From contig OZ024757.1 in the NCBI GenBank assembly GCA_964016885.1, positions 6,882,001 to 6,946,000 of the forward strand: DNA of 64,000 nt, given 5' to 3'. How positions within the stretch are numbered: the stretch's first letter is position 1; each line of letters begins with the position of its first letter. This document shows, piece after piece, positions 59,510 through 64,000 of the stretch. The position numbers were made by a program, and so were the translations under genes. Under the pieces are notes generated by a model. The model was given only the letters and a program-made list of their open reading frames with translations, did no database searches and was not told where the DNA came from. This DNA is from Eledone cirrhosa. Taxonomy: Eukaryota.

Positions 59510-62500
59510 CTATTGGTCAGAGGAGCATGCCAGTTAGATTTTTATCCTCACCAGAAGATGAGATAATGACATTTGTAAACACACAATCCCCACCCCCTGG
59601 GGAAGAATGCACCTCCCAACATAACCCAGTAGTTAGTGATTTCATAGACTTAGATGAACTTGAAGACTGGGGGCAACCTGGAGGAGAAGGATATGGAAGT
59701 TGAAGGAACCCTCAGCCATTTCCAAATTTAGAGATATTTTGTTTGATCTTTACAACAGTAAGGAAGAACAAATAGAAACATACAATATAGGGGAACAGTG
59801 GGAGTTCCTTAAAGAAACTTTGCTGAAGGTGTCAAACTAGATCTGTGGCTGGAGCAGGGCTTCAGAGAGAAGGAGAGTAACTTGGTGGTGAAACACTAGG
59901 GTAGATGAGACAGTTAAGGCCAAGAGACAGGCATGGAATAATGGCAGAATGGGGGAATATGGAGGGTACACTACCAGGAAGCTAGGCAAGAAGTATTCTT
60001 TGCAAGGAGGGAAGCAGAGAATATATAATTTCAGCTGGTTTTATGATGTGAGGATGAAATACGTGAGATGTTCAGGATTGTGAGGCAGTGTGGGAGGGAA
60101 AATTGTGATGTTGGGGTAAAGTGTGTCCAGGATAATAATGGGGCATTTGGGCTCACTGATGCTGAATAGGGTCAGCTGAAAAGTTCATAGACAGACCAAG
60201 ATACTCTCATGGAATGACCAAATGAAGTTTATTTTTCAACATAGTCCCTGGAGGGAAACAATGCAGTTATTAATAAGAAGAGTTGAAATTACTGCAGGCA
60301 AGATTTCACAGCTCTAGCATCATGCTATCATTGATAGTCTATGAACTTTTCAGCCAACCTTTGTAACATGGAAATGCCTTTATGAAAGATTACTGAATGA
60401 GGAGAATGCATGGGAGGAAGATAGTCTACAGAAAGTGTGCCCAACGGAGGGTCCAGCCATACAAGTAAGCAGTAGTGTAGTAAGGTAATTAAGGATATGA
60501 AGACAGAGAAAGTATCTTGTCCATTGGTGATAGTTGCTGAGATACTGAAAGTATCTGGGATGGTGGGTCACATCTTAACCACTGGTATCGTACAGCAAGT
60601 AATACAAAATGGTGTCATACCAAATAAATGGTGTAGTATCATCATCATCAACTGCTGCAAGGGCAAAGGAGATGTACTAGAGCTAGAAAACTATAGAGAC
60701 ATTAGATGGATCACTTCATGAAGGTGTTAGAGTTATAACACAGCTGATTAGGGACCAAGTTAACCTATATGAGATGAAGTTTGGATTTGTGCCAGGTAAA
60801 AGTACCACTGATGTCCTCTTCCTTGTGTGGCAACTGCAAGAGCAGTACCTAGCTAAAATAAGCCCCTCTACTTGGCATTTGTTGACCCAGAGAGAGCTTC
60901 TGTGAGACTTCCCCGTTCCATAATCTGGTGTATAACTTAGAAAACTAGGGGTATATGAGTGGCTTGTGAGAGCAGTAAAAGTCATGTATGGAGGAGCAGT
61001 CAGTAAGGTTAAAAGTAATGATGGCTATAGTGAGGAGTTGAGTGAGCAAGTCTATCAGGGCTCTGTTATTAACCCTCTTCTGTTTATTATCATCCTGCAG
61101 GCTATTACATAAGAGTTTAAGACTGGCTGTCCATGGGAACTCCTGTATGTACATGATTGAACCCTTGTACCTTAATCTATGGTAACATTAGAGGAAAAAT
61201 TCCAAACCTGTAAGCATGGCCTAGAATGAAAATGCCTTAAAGTAAACTTGGCAAAATAGAAAGAAAAGCAGGGTCTATATCCCCTCAAGAAAATGGCCTT
61301 GCTCAGTCTAAAGGAGTTGGTAGAAATTCCAAACTATGGATAAACAAGAGATGTAGTTGGATCTCAGTGAGGTTGGCAAAAGAATGTAAGTTGTGTATGT
61401 GGTTGACGCACAAAAGCAATAAGTAGCAAGAGCTCACAAAATAATAAGCTACTTTTACCCTTTAGCATTTACATTACGCTATATATACTATTGTATTTTT
61501 GTGGTAAAGGCTTTATCTTACATAATTATCTCATATAATATCGAATCTACAAGATTTTGATATTTATATTGAGAACAATACCTTAACGTCAGTATGATTG
61601 GCCAGTTATGGCCGGTTTGAACAGAAAGATGTGAGAGTATTCTGGCTAGGTATGGGTGGTTTAAATGCTAAAGGGTTAAATGTCCAGAAGGCTCTGTAGA
61701 AACCAGTTCATAATTTCTGTTAACTAGATGACCAAATTAACAGTGGAGGTGGGTGTTCTGAAGGTACAGTAGCCTGAGTGAGAATGGGATGGAAACAGTT
61801 TAGGGAGCTACTACTACTGCTGCCTACAAAATGATTTCCCCTGAAAGTGAAAGGCAGATTGTATGAAGTCTGTGTACGAACAGCAATGTTACATTGAAGT
61901 GAGACCAGGGCAATATATTCAGAGGACCTATAAAGACTGGAAAGAAATGAAGTTTACAGGATCTGATAGAGGTGTAATAGTGTGCATGAACAACAAGCAT
62001 TAATAAACTGAGAGAGAAACTAGGCATAAGAGAGGTCAGATGCAGTGTTGAGGAGAGGAGATTGTGGTGGTTTGGACATGTGATGTATATGGAAGATGAC
62101 AGCTGTATAACAAGGTGCAGGGTTGTCAAAGTTGATGTTAACTATGAAAGGGGAAGACCTAGGAAAGCTTGGGATGAAATAATAAAAGCTCACCTTGCCC
62201 AATTAAACCTCTCAATGGCAATGTCACAGGATCGAGACCTCTGGCGTCATGCTGTTCCGTAGAAGACCCCTCCCCCTTCCCATGTGCTGAAAATGAAATA
62301 AAACAAACATGTAGAGAACACACTAGTCTGCACCAATCTTTTCTTTACCCTTCCCCATTCATAAGACCCTACCCTCACCTGCTAAATATCCCACACACCT
62401 AGTTGATATTGCTACAACAATAAAAACACCCAGTACATCCTGTGAGGTGGTCATACAAAAGTGTGTAGTCCACATTGTAACGTGTTTCGTGTTAAGAAGG

Positions 62501-62650
62501 GCATCCAGCCTTAGAAACCAAACCAAAATACACATCCATATGAGACCTGGTCTCCACACCTGACATGTCTCATAACGTGACAACCTGTTTAACCCATGCA
62601 GGTGTGATAAAAATGAACGTTAAATGATAATGTTGAAGATGATGATGATG
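59510..62650 (+). mobile_element. Old RTE LINE with nested MITEs (inverted duplicate of 25010-28175)
   Basis: Same lesions and same MITE insertions (60165-60366, 61458-61675). Confidence 0.88.
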
Positions 62651-62777
62651 ATATATATAAACAAACGTAGCGTTGTAAAGTACCAAGGGAGACAACTCCA
62701 ACTTTGCTCAATTTAAATCCCATGTTAGTATGATTGAGCAGACCTATAATTAAAGTTGTTCCAGCCGTGACTATCCT

Positions 62778-62820
<43 letters not shown>

Positions 62821-63324
62821 CATGTGGGGGTTTGTGACTAAACTGCAGAATATGGTCTTTCTTGTTGTAAGACAGTAGAGAGTGATATTTGGCTGCTATT
62901 TCTACCAGGTCAAGTAACCAGGTAGGAGACTCCCTCGTTGATACGTAATAAATATTTCACTGAGTGATGCTGCTTGTTTTACCAGGGGTTGGATACAATT
63001 GATGGAGTGAATTGATATAACTGAAGGTCTGGCTGAAGGTATTTAATTAGGTCAGGGACTTTTAACGTATGACACCGGTGTTATTTATGATCAGGTAAAC
63101 ATTACCAACGACACCACGTACCTGCTATCTTAATTATAGCTTTAATTAATCTAATTATATCTTGTATAGCAATTATCTCATGTTAAGGTGAAAGTTAATA
63201 TTCTGTAGATAACATAGAGTGAGCTACATGTTCCAGGGTAGGTGTTCCATCTCCTACATGATTAAATATTTCATTTCATGAGAAACTACGCTACATCGTG
63301 AATTTGTTGTTCCACATTTTACAG

Positions 63325-63413
63325 GACAGTGAGAAATAGGTTTAAATCACCAACATCTGAACAATTAGCTTTCCTGGTCTTTCCTGACTTTACTCTTGGA
63401 CTTGAAATATAAA
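63325..63413 (+). other. 89-nt candidate 5' non-coding exon (subfamily B version)
   Basis: TTTTACAG|GACAG...TATAAA|GTACGT. Confidence 0.6.
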
Positions 63414-63608
63414 GTACGTATTATTTGTATTGTTAACACAGCGGATATCGTGTACTTTTCTACACTCCGTAATAAACAATTGTTAGGACTGCTTGCATAT
63501 ACATTGATACACACCCGATCATATATAAGTACATAGAGGGCCATTTCTTACCCAAAATTACTCGTACATTCTCATATCTCGAGTTTTTAGAGTTCTTCAA
63601 TAATTACT

Positions 63609-64000
63609 ATGGAGGACGTTAAACCCTTGGACATTTCTACCACACCTATTTCTACCAATATAGATAGAGTTATACAGAGATACAGTGGGGAGAAACCTTT
63701 ACCTAGTGAAACATGTACTGAACATGGATCATTATACAAAAATATTCTTGAATATGGCTATGAGATTTGTAGGAAAACTTTCTCAACAGAAGATGATTTA
63801 TCTACACACAAACACAAACACTTCCACTGTGAGACATGTGGGAAATCTTTTGTCTGTAACCGTGATTTATGTAGACACAAAAGAACACACACTGGAGAGG
63901 AACCTTTCAAATGTGAAATATGTGGGACATCTTTCACTCGGAAATTCCATCTTGTTAGACACATACGTAGCCACACTGGGGAAAAACCCTATCATTGTGA
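63609..64000 (+). CDS. C2H2 zinc-finger protein, subfamily B, 3' partial (runs off the window; missing from the ORF track)
   Basis: Manual translation without stops: [40 protein letters not shown]...[57 protein letters not shown]; paralogue of the 54384 gene, first finger degenerate. Confidence 0.9.
   Translation, partial: MEDVKPLDISTTPISTNIDRVIQRYSGEKPLPSETCTEHGSLYKNILEYGYEICRKTFSTEDDLSTHKHKHFHCETCGKSFVCNRDLCRHKRTHTGEEPFKCEICGTSFTRKFHLVRHIRSHTGEKPYHC

Overview
AT-rich, repeat-dense animal genomic DNA, most consistent with an octopus/coleoid C2H2 zinc-finger cluster. The taxon is inferred from [14 protein letters not shown] fingers, RTE and CR1 LINEs, a tRNA-head SINE family and very long (TA)n tracts. 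The window holds five C2H2-ZNF loci in two subfamilies: one open ORF running off the window end (63609+), two frameshifted arrays (43643-44571, 52960-54384) and two remnants. An 89-nt candidate non-coding exon occurs upstream of four of them and once as an orphan. The rest is decayed LINEs, SINEs, MITEs, Helitron-type ends, minisatellites and a 200-N gap. Two layers of structure are not visible in the ORF track. (1) A set of type I hammerhead-ribozyme motifs (873-937, 1408-1516/56848-56956, 58320-58399, plus degenerate copies) and three fold-back hairpins carrying half-ribozymes, mostly beside (TA)n tracts. A Penelope RT fragment (DKG motif) at 36698-37020 points to Penelope-like retroelements as their source. 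(2) A mosaic of kb-scale inverted segmental duplications, including a roughly 13 kb interrupted palindrome centred on the gap that may be partly an assembly artefact. Most ORFs in the track (YIYI-type and antisense LINE/ZNF frames) are spurious. Repeat boundaries were placed by eye and are approximate.
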